This document shows, piece after piece, positions 1 through 10,545 of a stretch of DNA of 64,000 nt. Both the position numbers and the translations under genes were made by a program. Source of the DNA: an uncultured archaeon (GTDB lineage: Archaea; Asgardarchaeota; Lokiarchaeia; Sigyniarchaeales; SOKP01); NCBI GenBank assembly GCA_964583985.1, contig CAZOYD010000010.1:16403-80402 (forward strand), read 5' to 3'. The notes below the pieces were generated by a model. The model did no database searches, was not told the DNA's origin, and was given only the letters and a program-made list of their open reading frames with translations. How positions within the stretch are numbered: position 1 is the stretch's first letter; the number at the start of each line of letters is the position of its first letter.

Positions 1-103
1 GATTAGCAGCGTCTTGAGTTGTAAGTCCCTGTTCGTTCGTTGATAATTCGTGGTAGATCTCATTAATTGATAATGATTTCGTTTCTTTAATATTAATATC
101 CAT
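1..103 (-). CDS. P-type ATPase, 5' end only (runs off the window)
   Basis: ATG at 103 reads MDINIKETKSLSINEIYHELSTNEQGLTTQDAAN. This matches the cation-ATPase N-terminal segment of the adjacent gene (IEELFKELSSNKDGLSNTSAQKRL). Not in the ORF track. Confidence 0.7.
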   Translation of the reverse strand, partial: MDINIKETKSLSINEIYHELSTNEQGLTTQDAAN

Positions 104-279
104 AAAAGAGAAGGTATTTCTTAAATATTTAAATTTTTTTAATCAAATTATAAATTGCACAAGAGATGTTTCAGATCTATGTTATAACCATCTACTTAAA
201 AACAAGATTATTAAATTACAGCATAACAAAATTAAGAACTAATTAATTACATTACTTTAATAAAAAAAAAAATTAATGA

Positions 280-2724
280 TTAGAACATTCTTCCTCTATT
301 ACGCAGGAACTTATAGAAATAATATTTTAGATAATCCGTTATTATAAACCAGACAAATGCATAAATTAATACAAATATTGCCAATCCCCATCCCATTGGA
401 GGAAGTATTATCCCATATACTGTAAAAATTACCGCAAGAATTTGTGTAGTAGTTGTTGCTAAGAATAATTCTTTAGCAGGTTTTCTTTCCCAGAAGTGAC
501 CTTTAGTTCGTGCAACATACACAGTTAATGATGCTGCCACTGATAATTTAAGAAATATAAACGATTGAATGATTATAACACTAAGGTGAAAAACAACCAC
601 TCCTATATAAAACAATAGAAAAGAAGCTACAACCCCTATAACGCCAAGATAAGTACTAATAATTAAAATTACATTCATATTCCACCGTTCTGGCTTATTA
701 GAATACCCTACATTATCAACAGCAATTGTCATAATTGGAGCATCATTTAAAAGGGCTAAAAGCACGATCATAACTGCGGTTACTGGATAAAAATTGAAAA
801 TAACAATCGCAAGTGTGATAAAAATAATTACACGAATGGTTTCTGAAATTCGATATATGGAGTAATTAAGCATTCGGTGGAAAATTTTACGACTTTGGAT
901 TGTTCCATCAATTATGACTGAAAGCCCTGGTTTTGTAAAAGTTATATCTGCTGCTGATTTTGCAGCATCTGTTGCATTCGAAACAGCAATACCAACATCT
1001 GCTTTTTTTAATGCAGGGGCATCATTAACCCCATCTCCAGTCATTCCTACAATATGATTTTTCATTTGTAATAATTCAACGATTCGGTATTTGTGTTCTG
1101 GAAAAACCTGTGCAAATCCGTCTGCGTTCTCAACGATTATTTCAGCTTCATTGTCTGGTTTACCCAGAAAAGCAGAAACTGGTTTAATATTCGTACCTAA
1201 TCCCAGAGTTTTAGCGGTTTCTTTAGCTATAGCAACATGATCTCCAGTAACCATTTTTACGCTCATTCCCATAGATTCAGCAGTTTTTATTGTTTCAGCA
1301 GAGTCCTCTCGGGGTGGATCGAATAATCCTATCAATCCAATAAATTGAAAATTATCACTTTCATTTGACGTTTTTCCCACTCCTAAAGCACGATATCCTT
1401 TTGATGCATACTCCTCAACAGCTTTATTTACTTCTTCTTCTAGACTCTCTTTATTTTCTGAAAGAGATAAAATAATCTGAGGCGCTCCCTTTATGACTTT
1501 AAATGGTTTTCCAGTGCTATCTTTTACCACTGCTTCAGTACGTTTTATAACGGGATCAAATGGCGTGAATTTCTCTATTGTATATCCATCTATTTTCTTT
1601 TTTAGACCTTCAAAAGTCTCACCCTTAACTAAAATTGCATTATCAATAGGATCTTGATCTTCTGCCCTCGATGCCAAAATTCCATTTAATATAACACTTT
1701 CTTCATTAGTATCTCCAAAAAACTTGATCGTTGCTACTGAAATTTCATTTTTAGTAAGAGTGCCCGTCTTATCTGAACACAAAATTTCAACACCAGCTAA
1801 TTCTTCAATGGCTACTAATTTACTAACAATAGCATTCTTTTTCGCCATGTTAATAGCTCCTATCGCCATAGTTACTGATAGAACTGCGGGTAAAGCAACA
1901 GGAATAGAAGCAATGATCAAAACTAAGATGAACTGAAGTGTATTCAGAAAGGTCGCTCCACGAAGAATTGACACAATAATAATAATTGTAACCATGCAGA
2001 ATGCAAAAATAATTAAGTAATTTCCTATTTTTACAACAGCTTTTTGAAAATGGCTGCGAGTTTTCGCTTTTTCCACAAGTTCAGTGGTTTTTCCAAAAAA
2101 TGTATTCATTCCAGTAGTAGTTACGATACCATCCATTTCTCCTTGTTTAATGATGGAACCAGAATAACATATATCAGCTACATGTTTCTCAACTGGTAGC
2201 GACTCACCGGTTAATGCTGCTTCATCAATCTGTAAATAATCTCCCGATATTAGCTTTACATCACCAGGAATAATATCACCTAATCGTATACGAATCACAT
2301 CTCCAGGTACAAGCTCTCTTGCAGGCACATTGTTCCACTTTCCATCACGTAAAACACGTGCTTTAATAGCTAGCTTACTTTTTAAAAGTTCAATTGCATT
2401 ATCCGCTTTATTCTCTTGCCAGAATCGCACAACTCCATTCACCATTAATAAGATTAAAATTATCCAAAAATCTTCCCAGTGTCCGATTATCGCCGATATT
2501 ACAATTGCAACCTCTATCATCCATGGAATAGGACCCCAGAAATTCTTAAAAAAATTTAATAGGGGATTCTTTTTTTTCTCAATTAATTCATTTGGTCCGT
2601 ATATTTCCAACCTTTTTTGTGCACTGGTATTAGAAAGCCCATCTTTGTTTGAAGATAATTCTTTAAAGAGTTCTTCAATTGCAATCTTTTCTGCTTTGTC
2701 TGCTTTAATTATTACTTTTTCCAA
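280..2724 (-). CDS. Plasma-membrane proton-efflux P-type ATPase (P3A)
   Basis: Motifs LTGES, IPVALP, phosphorylation site DKTGTLT, KGAP, DPPR, TGD, GDGVNDAP and LLND in TM6; ~10 TM segments. Confidence 0.92.
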   Translation of the reverse strand: MEKVIIKADKAEKIAIEELFKELSSNKDGLSNTSAQKRLEIYGPNELIEKKKNPLLNFFKNFWGPIPWMIEVAIVISAIIGHWEDFWIILILLMVNGVVRFWQENKADNAIELLKSKLAIKARVLRDGKWNNVPARELVPGDVIRIRLGDIIPGDVKLISGDYLQIDEAALTGESLPVEKHVADICYSGSIIKQGEMDGIVTTTGMNTFFGKTTELVEKAKTRSHFQKAVVKIGNYLIIFAFCMVTIIIIVSILRGATFLNTLQFILVLIIASIPVALPAVLSVTMAIGAINMAKKNAIVSKLVAIEELAGVEILCSDKTGTLTKNEISVATIKFFGDTNEESVILNGILASRAEDQDPIDNAILVKGETFEGLKKKIDGYTIEKFTPFDPVIKRTEAVVKDSTGKPFKVIKGAPQIILSLSENKESLEEEVNKAVEEYASKGYRALGVGKTSNESDNFQFIGLIGLFDPPREDSAETIKTAESMGMSVKMVTGDHVAIAKETAKTLGLGTNIKPVSAFLGKPDNEAEIIVENADGFAQVFPEHKYRIVELLQMKNHIVGMTGDGVNDAPALKKADVGIAVSNATDAAKSAADITFTKPGLSVIIDGTIQSRKIFHRMLNYSIYRISETIRVIIFITLAIVIFNFYPVTAVMIVLLALLNDAPIMTIAVDNVGYSNKPERWNMNVILIISTYLGVIGVVASFLLFYIGVVVFHLSVIIIQSFIFLKLSVAASLTVYVARTKGHFWERKPAKELFLATTTTQILAVIFTVYGIILPPMGWGLAIFVLIYAFVWFIITDYLKYYFYKFLRNRGRMF

Positions 2725-3179
2725 CTTGTAAAACCTATTTTTATATTTGATTTTTAAAAAATATATTTTATATATGACAAATATTAAAAAATCGCATTTA
2801 AATATGTCTTATATAATTCAAAGACTAATTTTCTAAAATATTAATCAAATCAAAATAAAGATAATTTTTTCTAAAAAATTATTTCATCCATTAGGTGTTT
2901 GATAGGATATTTCTTCCCCTTTTTCTAAGTTTAAGAAAACATCTTGCCATAAAATCGGTTAAACTAAATTTTTTAATATTCATTAATCAATTATTACAGA
3001 TCGTGAAACAGACCTTTCACGAAAAAAACTATAAACAATTATTGTAAAGCTAATTTATCTCAAGCTTATCTAAATCCGAAATTGCGTTGGGTTTTTGAAA
3101 AATAAATTAAAAAATCAGTGGTGATAATCTGTTTTTAAGCTAATTTTCAATAGTTACATCACATTTTATCACGATGTGA

Positions 3180-3518
3180 ATGAATGATATGGCAGTAGTG
3201 AACGAAAAACAAATAGTGGATAATGAGACGAAATTGATTGATTTGATATCACAAACAAAACATTTGAGTCTAACTCCTGAAGATATTAAATGTATTGATA
3301 AACCAGAGTTGCTTTTTGAATATCTTAAAGATGATTCCAACAATATTCAGTTTGAGTACACCGTTAAGTTCTATGCATATGGTTTTGGTCTTGATGGATT
3401 TGACAGCTATAAAAAAATCATAAATAATTCGAAAATACAAGAATTAGACTTTAAAATAATTTGGTATCCTGAATGGCGTCCCTTAAGAAGAAAAGATTAT
3501 ATTGAGAATTCGGTATAA
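3180..3518 (+). CDS. Hypothetical protein
   Basis: 112-aa ORF with protein-like composition and no recognisable motif. Confidence 0.55.
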   Translation: MNDMAVVNEKQIVDNETKLIDLISQTKHLSLTPEDIKCIDKPELLFEYLKDDSNNIQFEYTVKFYAYGFGLDGFDSYKKIINNSKIQELDFKIIWYPEWRPLRRKDYIENSV

Positions 3519-3564
3519 CAAAATATCCAGGAGTTATGTAGTAAATATTTAGACATGAAACTTT

Positions 3565-4410
3565 TTATAAAGTTCCTAAGAAATTAGAGATGCTTGAAGA
3601 TTTGGGTATTGTTACTCCAAAATAATATTCGACTACTTCATATAAATATTCCAAGTAAGGAATTTGAAGTTGGATTCCACGTATATTTGCTAAATCAGAT
3701 ATTACTTTTTTAGAATATAATGTTTCATTTTTCTTTAAATTCTTAATCATGTCCACGATTATTTCAGAGAGTTGGTAAATGCGCGTGAGTTCACTTTTCA
3801 ATAAAACCATGCTGGTCATTGGTTCTATTTCATTTAGGAAGGTTTGAATTATAGTTCTTTCAACCTTAACATTTTTTGAGGCGAAGATATTATCATCATC
3901 CTTTATGACCTCATTTTCTTGAATGACAATATGATTTCCATATTTCTTACTATCATAATCTTTAAGTTTTATTATATCAAATTCAACATCAAAAGATTCG
4001 TTGCAAATATACCTAAGAAAATTAGATAAGTGTTCGTGGAGGAATTCTTTTTCAGATATTATAATAATTTTTTTTCTCCTAATTATAGCTTTTAAAAAAT
4101 ACGCTAATACCGATGCTGTAAAATTAATTCGGAGTAAAGATACATCAAATGATTTAGGTAATATACCGATGTCTTTTTCAATTTCTTTTTTTGAAACTGA
4201 AACCGGCATGTCAATTTGGAAATCAGCTATAAATGAATCTCTTACGACTAAATTTTTATCTACATAAACTACAAATGAGTGATCGCAGATCATTTTATCC
4301 TTTACATTTACTGCATATAAACCTTTAGTCGTATTTTTAACTTCTTCTTCAGAAACCTCAATTTTACCTCTTTTAGAACAAGCTGGACATCTCACTTCGA
4401 GAATTACCAT
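3565..4410 (-). CDS. Hypothetical protein with N-terminal Zn-ribbon (CPAC...CDH)
   Basis: CxxC...CxH at the N-terminus followed by an alpha/beta domain; architecture resembles an expanded lokiarchaeal family (recalled, not searched). Confidence 0.75.
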   Translation of the reverse strand: MVILEVRCPACSKRGKIEVSEEEVKNTTKGLYAVNVKDKMICDHSFVVYVDKNLVVRDSFIADFQIDMPVSVSKKEIEKDIGILPKSFDVSLLRINFTASVLAYFLKAIIRRKKIIIISEKEFLHEHLSNFLRYICNESFDVEFDIIKLKDYDSKKYGNHIVIQENEVIKDDDNIFASKNVKVERTIIQTFLNEIEPMTSMVLLKSELTRIYQLSEIIVDMIKNLKKNETLYSKKVISDLANIRGIQLQIPYLEYLYEVVEYYFGVTIPKSSSISNFLGTL

Positions 4411-4558
4411 AAATTTCTACTATTTTCCTTCTCTTTTATATAAATAATCTAGAAGTAACTATTATATAAATTTTGACCAAAAATATTAGCCATTAGGAAA
4501 TAATCATGAATTTTATATTGAGAATTGGAAGAATGATAAGATGAAATCGGTATAAGCT

Positions 4559-5038
4559 CTAAAATCGCCTAACCTTAGCATAATTCTTCTCAAAATAATT
4601 AGCAATAAGCAAACAAACCACTCCAGCAATTATTTCTGAAATCAAAAAAGCCATTTGGTTATTTATTAAGGATGAACTGATGAAAAATGTTATGAAAAAG
4701 AATGTGGTGAAGAAAGCAAAAATGATCAATAATGGACGTGCAATAGAATTATTAAGAAAAGCCTTAATTTTTGAAGAATATGAACCAGATTTAATATATT
4801 GACGTTTTAGTTTTTCTTTTCTTTCCACTTGGGCAAAAGCTTCATAAACCATTATTGATGCGAAATACAATGCCGCAATTGTACCAAGAGGGATGATTGT
4901 GATAATCAAGTAATTTCCTACATAAAATATATATTGACTGATCGCGATGATAAGTACTTGAAATAAACCACAAACACCAAGTAATATTAACGCAGTTGGC
5001 ATATACTCTTTAGAGCTCCAACGAATTTTAAGCGGCAT
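4559..5038 (-). CDS. Hypothetical membrane protein (~4 TM)
   Basis: Hydrophobic segments. Start moved to ATG 5038 (MPLKIRW) because the ORF-track start at 5104 lies inside the tRNA. Confidence 0.75.
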   Translation of the reverse strand: MPLKIRWSSKEYMPTALILLGVCGLFQVLIIAISQYIFYVGNYLIITIIPLGTIAALYFASIMVYEAFAQVERKEKLKRQYIKSGSYSSKIKAFLNNSIARPLLIIFAFFTTFFFITFFISSSLINNQMAFLISEIIAGVVCLLIANYFEKNYAKVRRF

Positions 5039-5064
5039 TTTAATCTGTTTTTTATATAGCTTTA

Positions 5065-5164
5065 TGGTGGGCCAGGAGAGGATTGAACTCCCGACCTTCC
5101 CCACGTCAAGGGGACGTTATTGTCGTTTTTTTTGAGAAAAAAAATACGACTAAACCACTGGCCC
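5065..5164 (-). tRNA. tRNA-Val(GAC) with encoded CCA and a putative 25-nt intron (5120-5144) at position 21/22
   Basis: Acceptor stem GGGCCAG/CTGGCCC+ACCA, anticodon arm TCCCC-TTGACGT-GGGGA, T arm GGGAG-TTCAATC-CTCTC. The D-loop is interrupted by the hairpin GTCG-TAT-T7-CTC-A8-CGAC-AAT. Confidence 0.9.
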
Positions 5165-5261
5165 AGCATATTGCAAAGTTGTGATTAAGTTAATTATAAT
5201 GGTAAAAAATAAATATTTTATTAAAATTACTCTCTACTTTAAAAAATTAAAAATAAAAATA

Positions 5262-6485
5262 TTAATATTTCTTTTCTCTTAACGCTTTTATCATCGGAAG
5301 GTCATGACCCGAAAGGATTTCCAACATTGCACCTCCTGCAGTGGAAATAAATGATACGTCGTCAGCTTTTCCTGCCATTGAAGCTGCAGCACCCATTTCA
5401 CCACCACCAATCACTGTTAAGGCATGATTTTTCTTAGTAGCCTCAACCATGGCATCAATAATCTTGTTTGTAGATTCTCTAAAGACTTCTTTTTCAAAGA
5501 TACCTGGTGGACCATTTGCAATGATAGTTTTGCATTTCATGATTACTTCAATGAACTTTTTTACAGTTTGAGGCCCGATATCACCAGTAGTCATGTTATA
5601 TGTTTCGGCTTCATCCACAGTGATAATTTTTCGAATCCCATTATTATCAATCACTAAATCTTGGGGAAGGATGATTTTATCCTTAAATTTATCATAGGTT
5701 TCTTTAATCATGACATGATTCTCTTCTAAATCTTTGGCAATGATTTTATGATTTGGTTCACCCATTTTTTTGCCAAGTGCTTCAAAAATTAATACAGCTG
5801 TCAATCCCGAACATAAAGCATAATCCAATTTATCATTTTCAAAATTAAATTCCATTGCTTTGAATTTATCAATTGCTTTTGCTCCTCCAATGAGCATCGC
5901 CATTGGTCTTTCTGGTTCGTCTATGATTTTTTTTAACACGCCTAATTCTTTATCAGTTATGGGTCCAGCAAGCATTTTTGGCCAACCTACAATGGATGCA
6001 TGAGCACGATGAGCAGCACCAAATGCATCCACAATAACGTAATCTACTAAAGGGTATAACTTTTGTACTAATTCAGTCGCTTCAGCATCGGAGAAATTCT
6101 TATAATTTTTCATTTCGCCTTCAAATTTTCTTACATTATCAAGAACTAATACTTCACCCGGTTTTAACTCTTTAATTGCCTTGATTGCGACCTCACCAAA
6201 AATATCCTTGACAAATTTTACGGGGCGCCCTATTTCTTTTTCAATTTCTTTCGCATGCAAGCTCAAATCAGTAAAATCGGGATCTCCCGGTCTCGATTGA
6301 TGTGCCAAGATAATAACAGCACATTCCTTAAAGTGTTCATTTAATGCTAATGCTAACTCTCGAATTCTGGGTGAATCTCTAATCACCATCTTGTCAGTAT
6401 CAATATTTGAGTTGATATCTACTCTGAGAAGAACCTTTTTACCTTTTAAATTTACATCCTTATACGATGTATAGTCGATTTTCAT
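5262..6485 (-). CDS. pgk: Phosphoglycerate kinase
   Basis: LRVDIN, AHQSRP, DAFGAAHRAHAS, GGAK, NGPPGIFE, ISTAGGA motifs; ATG at 6485 (GTG at 6494 is the alternative). Confidence 0.95.
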   Translation of the reverse strand: MKIDYTSYKDVNLKGKKVLLRVDINSNIDTDKMVIRDSPRIRELALALNEHFKECAVIILAHQSRPGDPDFTDLSLHAKEIEKEIGRPVKFVKDIFGEVAIKAIKELKPGEVLVLDNVRKFEGEMKNYKNFSDAEATELVQKLYPLVDYVIVDAFGAAHRAHASIVGWPKMLAGPITDKELGVLKKIIDEPERPMAMLIGGAKAIDKFKAMEFNFENDKLDYALCSGLTAVLIFEALGKKMGEPNHKIIAKDLEENHVMIKETYDKFKDKIILPQDLVIDNNGIRKIITVDEAETYNMTTGDIGPQTVKKFIEVIMKCKTIIANGPPGIFEKEVFRESTNKIIDAMVEATKKNHALTVIGGGEMGAAASMAGKADDVSFISTAGGAMLEILSGHDLPMIKALREKKY

Positions 6486-6691
6486 TACAACCACTTCATG
6501 TTTTTTAGATTAAGATAGTAAACTTATAATCTTGCATTGCAATTAAATTTTGATTAGTAAGTAAGCAATCTTATTCCATTTTTTCCCCCATAAATTTAAA
6601 GATCTTTTTGGGATTGTATCAAAGCTACAGAAAAGTTTAAAGATTTTTAACAGCTTTTCAATTTGTATCATATATATGAAAGGTGATATGA

Positions 6692-7471
6692 TTGGAAAAT
6701 ATCAGAGAGATACTTAATCGATTATTAGAAAAAAAATGTTCAATAGAAGATGCGGAAAAGCTTTTAAAAGCCAATTTGATTGAAGAAGTGGGAGATCTTG
6801 CCAAGTTAGACGTGTTTCGTAAAATGCGTACTGGAATTGTAGAAGTAATATATGCAGAAAATAAGAGTGCTGATATGATTTTGAAAATAATTACATCTTT
6901 TTTAGAATCGAGTAAGTATGCAATTGTTTCGAGGTTCACTGAAATCCAACAAAAAGCCATTATTAATAAATTTGGATCCAATTCCGAAATTTCAATAGAA
7001 TATAATGAGTTAGCCAAGATTATGATCATTAAACTTAAAAATTTCGAGTTTGAAAGGAGAAATGGTATTGTTGGTATCATAACTGCTGGTAGTTCTGATA
7101 TTCCGATTGCTGAAGAAGCTAAAGTGATTGCGGAATCAATGGGATGTAAAGTTATTAGTAGTTATGATTTAGGTATTGCTGGGATCCATCGCATTTTTAA
7201 ACCTTTAAGTGAAATGATAAAATCAGGAGTGCACGTAATAATTGTATGCGCTGGAATGGAAGGAACCCTTCCGGGAGTAGTAGCCGCTTTAGTAGATATT
7301 CCAGTAATTGGTGTTCCAGTTTCAAGTGGTTATGGATTAGGAGAAAAAGGTATAGGGGCTTTAACAACAATGCTGCAATCTTGTTCTCCCGGATTAGTAG
7401 TGGTAAACATTGATAATGGATTTGGCGCCGGAGCTTCAGCAGCTTTGATTGCTAATCAAACTACAGGATAA
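6692..7471 (+). CDS. larB: Nickel-pincer cofactor biosynthesis protein LarB (AIR carboxylase-like)
   Basis: AGSSDIPIAEEA, AGMEGTLP, PVIGVPVSSGYG, SCSPG and VVNIDNGFGAG motifs. Confidence 0.92.
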   Translation: MENIREILNRLLEKKCSIEDAEKLLKANLIEEVGDLAKLDVFRKMRTGIVEVIYAENKSADMILKIITSFLESSKYAIVSRFTEIQQKAIINKFGSNSEISIEYNELAKIMIIKLKNFEFERRNGIVGIITAGSSDIPIAEEAKVIAESMGCKVISSYDLGIAGIHRIFKPLSEMIKSGVHVIIVCAGMEGTLPGVVAALVDIPVIGVPVSSGYGLGEKGIGALTTMLQSCSPGLVVVNIDNGFGAGASAALIANQTTG

Positions 7472-7613
7472 TTTCTTCTATTTGAGAGTTTTTTCTTCAG
7501 ATGATTATGGTGGATTAATTTCTGATGAAAAAAATATATAAATATCAAAAATTAAGATTTTGCATGATTAAATTAATAATATAAAAAATTAAAAATCAAA
7601 ATAGTGCATTAAA

Positions 7614-8282
7614 ATGACACCTACACCTGCTTCTCTTGAAGCACTGTCGAATTTAAGACAGTTAAATCAAGATACTGGATGGTATATTGTTACCTTATTG
7701 GTAATTGTGATGTATATATACGGCGTTGAAATAAAAAAAGCACGGGAAACAAATAATTGGAGTACCGTCCTTGCTGGCTTAACTCTTTTAGGCTTGGATT
7801 TTTTTAATGAGACTTGGAATGCCTTGGTGTTCGCATTCTCAGGATACTCTGCTTTCTGGACAACTCCTAGCGCAAGTGGTCTCAAAGTCTTGATTGGATG
7901 GAATATCGAGATCATATTTATGTTTGCGATATCTGGCATCGTATTCGCAAAATTTCTACCTGATGATAAAAATAAGAAGATGTTTGGATTACCAAACAGA
8001 TGGGCAATGGCAATTGGTTTCGCAATTTTTGGAGTTTTTGTTGAATGCCTATTAAATATAGGAAATTATTTAATTTGGGCATATCCTTGGTGGAATCTTA
8101 GTTTAGGAGGTATTTGGTTAATCTTCTTTATCGGATATCTTCCTTTTTTTGTGGGAACGTTTTATGTATATGACTTGCCAGAAACAAAGGATAAAATAAA
8201 AGTAGTTGTAGTAATATATGGTATCAGCATCATCCTACTGTGCATTTTTGGTCCCTTGTTTGGTCCATTAGGGCTACTTTAA
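7614..8282 (+). CDS. Hypothetical integral membrane protein (~6 TM)
   Basis: Multiple hydrophobic segments; Trp/Gly-rich, conserved-looking motifs (NETWN, GWNIEI). Confidence 0.75.
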   Translation: MTPTPASLEALSNLRQLNQDTGWYIVTLLVIVMYIYGVEIKKARETNNWSTVLAGLTLLGLDFFNETWNALVFAFSGYSAFWTTPSASGLKVLIGWNIEIIFMFAISGIVFAKFLPDDKNKKMFGLPNRWAMAIGFAIFGVFVECLLNIGNYLIWAYPWWNLSLGGIWLIFFIGYLPFFVGTFYVYDLPETKDKIKVVVVIYGISIILLCIFGPLFGPLGLL

Positions 8283-8547
8283 AAAATCCTCTTTCTTTTT
8301 TTTTCATATTTTTACTAATCGTTGGCTTTTACTTAAACAACTATTTAATTAATTCAAGACCCTAAAAACTGTTCTTAATTTTATAATTTTAGTAGCAGTA
8401 AGAGAGATATTTACTAACTATTTATCCCTTTTTTGATACCAAACACATTATCTAAACGATCTAAAACCTTATATAGGTAGATTTCTATAGTTTATATTGA
8501 ACCTTATTCTAAAATCTAATACAAATAAAAATTCTCGTTTGAGACTT

Positions 8548-9078
8548 ATGGTCGCTGAAATCGACTATTTTCAAAAATCGAAAGTATTATTTAAACAAGG
8601 AGATATTTCTGCAACATTAGAAAGCTATGAAAAAGTTATAGAGCACTTACATGATATAAAGGAGCAGAAAAAAGAAATAATAGAGTTCCTTACAAAGATC
8701 TTGAAGTACTGCCAAGAAAATAATTTAGCACTAGAAGAAGCTACTGTATTGCGAGCACTCGGAAGAACTCATTCTAAATTTAAAAACCACATCGAAGGTT
8801 TAAAATTTTCATACCAAGCGTTAAAGATTCAGAAAAAACTTGGGAAAAAACAAGATGTGGCTGAAAGTTTGGAATTTCTGGCTGAAGACTTGGAAATTTC
8901 TGGAAATTATGAAGAGTGTATAAAAATTTTTAATGAAGCAAGAGAGATCTATAAAGAGTTGGGAAAGTTAAGAAAGGTGAAAGATATCGAGAAAGAGATT
9001 TCTCGTTTAAAATCGTTTTCGGAAAATATTGTTGAAGACGAATATTTAATGAGCAAATTTCACGTAGATAAATACTAA
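8548..9078 (+). CDS. Tetratricopeptide-repeat protein
   Basis: TPR-like helical repeats (ATVLRALGRTH..., ALKIQKKLG, AREIYKELG); likely start ATG 8548. Confidence 0.8.
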   Translation: MVAEIDYFQKSKVLFKQGDISATLESYEKVIEHLHDIKEQKKEIIEFLTKILKYCQENNLALEEATVLRALGRTHSKFKNHIEGLKFSYQALKIQKKLGKKQDVAESLEFLAEDLEISGNYEECIKIFNEAREIYKELGKLRKVKDIEKEISRLKSFSENIVEDEYLMSKFHVDKY

Positions 9079-9120
9079 AATCGAATTCAAAATCATTACT
9101 TTCCTTTTTTTTTACATTTC

Positions 9121-10386
9121 TTAATTTAATTTTTGATATAACATTTTCAGTTTTTCTTGAGCAAACATTTGAACTTTCTTCATTGATAATCCGGTTGCTT
9201 TGCAAATATTGTTAAGATCCTCGTATTCTGGTTTGATATTAACCAATTTTTTTTGATCTAATGTCTGTATGTATGAAATTTTGTACTTTATTGGATACTT
9301 TTTTCCATCAATTTCTATTTCTATGGTTTCATAAATTCTTTCAACACATACTCTATTAAAAGTAGTAAACCTGACTCCTAATGTGCCCAATTCATCTAAT
9401 AAAATATATATTATTTCAAATTTGTATTCAAGAGAGCACAAAACTTTAATTATATTACTCGGCCTTCTTTTTTTTGTCCAAGCTGGTATTATCTGAACAT
9501 CTAACACGTTCTCAGATTCTAATCGTTTTATGAGATGACCAATTATTTCCCCAGATACGTCATCAACATCAGTTTCAATAATAGCTATTTTTTCCATGTA
9601 TTTCTCGAGATTAGTAGCTATTTTAGAACTCTCTCCATAAAAAATTCGCAATATATTTGGAAAATTAGCAAAATCCATTTGTCCCGTACTGCAAGAAATT
9701 TTCTCCATACTCATTTGAGGTTTTTCGCAAATAAACGCAAGGTTTTTTAACAATGCTGCTCCAGTAGGGGTTGTTAATTCACTATCTATTGGTCCAAAGC
9801 GCACGCACATCCCAGAATTTTCAATTATTTTAGAAGTAGCCGGTGCTGGAACAGGTAAGATACCATGGGCCGTGTTAATTGTCCCTCCTCCTAAAGGGAG
9901 ATCACTAATTGAGACGTTTACTCCTTTTTTAAATACACCTAATTTTTCTAATACTCTTGACACACCTAAAATATCTAATAATGTATCAATGGAACTTAAT
10001 TCGTGCAAATGGATTTCTTCAGCTAATTTTCCATGAACCTCCGCTTCAGCTTTGATTAAAGAGTTTAACACATTGTTAGCATACTCTTTTGCATTGGTTG
10101 AATACTTTTTTTCCTCCATAAATCTATTTAATGCTTCTCGTAATGCTTTTGTTGAACGATGGTCTTTTTTTTCTTTAATTGTCACATCAAGTTGGTTGGT
10201 TTCAATGCCGGAACGTCTAACTTTCACTAATTTTACTTCAAAATTGATCATTCCGGAGATAAATCTTGAAATTTCATTGAGTTCAATTATAATCTCATCA
10301 GGGTCTTCCACTAATCCTAATAAACCAGCAAGTAGCATATCTCCAGATACTCCTGAACTTGTTGGGTCAATAAATAAGGTTTTCAT
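9121..10386 (-). CDS. larC: Nickel-pincer cofactor biosynthesis protein LarC (Ni insertase)
   Basis: SGVSGDMLLAGL, AEAEVHG..IHLHE, HGILPVPAPAT, ELTTPTGAA, ETDVDD and KPEYED motifs. Confidence 0.92.
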   Translation of the reverse strand: MKTLFIDPTSSGVSGDMLLAGLLGLVEDPDEIIIELNEISRFISGMINFEVKLVKVRRSGIETNQLDVTIKEKKDHRSTKALREALNRFMEEKKYSTNAKEYANNVLNSLIKAEAEVHGKLAEEIHLHELSSIDTLLDILGVSRVLEKLGVFKKGVNVSISDLPLGGGTINTAHGILPVPAPATSKIIENSGMCVRFGPIDSELTTPTGAALLKNLAFICEKPQMSMEKISCSTGQMDFANFPNILRIFYGESSKIATNLEKYMEKIAIIETDVDDVSGEIIGHLIKRLESENVLDVQIIPAWTKKRRPSNIIKVLCSLEYKFEIIYILLDELGTLGVRFTTFNRVCVERIYETIEIEIDGKKYPIKYKISYIQTLDQKKLVNIKPEYEDLNNICKATGLSMKKVQMFAQEKLKMLYQKLN

Positions 10387-10468
10387 TTAATAATATCTTC
10401 TCCTTTATGCAAATTTCATAAAAACTTCAAATTTAATTTAAATTCTCCAGAAATACTAAAAAAATTAA

Positions 10469-10545
10469 ATTGAAATAATTTTGTAATTATATAATTATTG
10501 AAATAATTATTATTGAAATAATAATAGTATAATAATTGAAAGTAT
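10469..10545. repeat. Short direct repeats of ATTGAAATAAT in the divergent larC promoter region
   Basis: Exact copies at 10469, 10497 and 10512; degenerate copy ATTGAAAGTAT at 10535. Confidence 0.45.

Noticed and set aside
2880-2955. Possible gene remnant on the minus strand (LWQDVFLNLEKGEEISYQTPNG*)
   Set aside because: Too short, with no start or recognisable motif to support it
5039-5104. N-terminal 22 aa of ORF 4559..5104
   Set aside because: It overlaps the tRNA-Val 3' half; the ATG at 5038 is the plausible start
5065-5110. tRNA as attachment site of an integrated element
   Set aside because: No integrase and no duplicated tRNA 3' end was seen in the window; the flanks are ordinary genes
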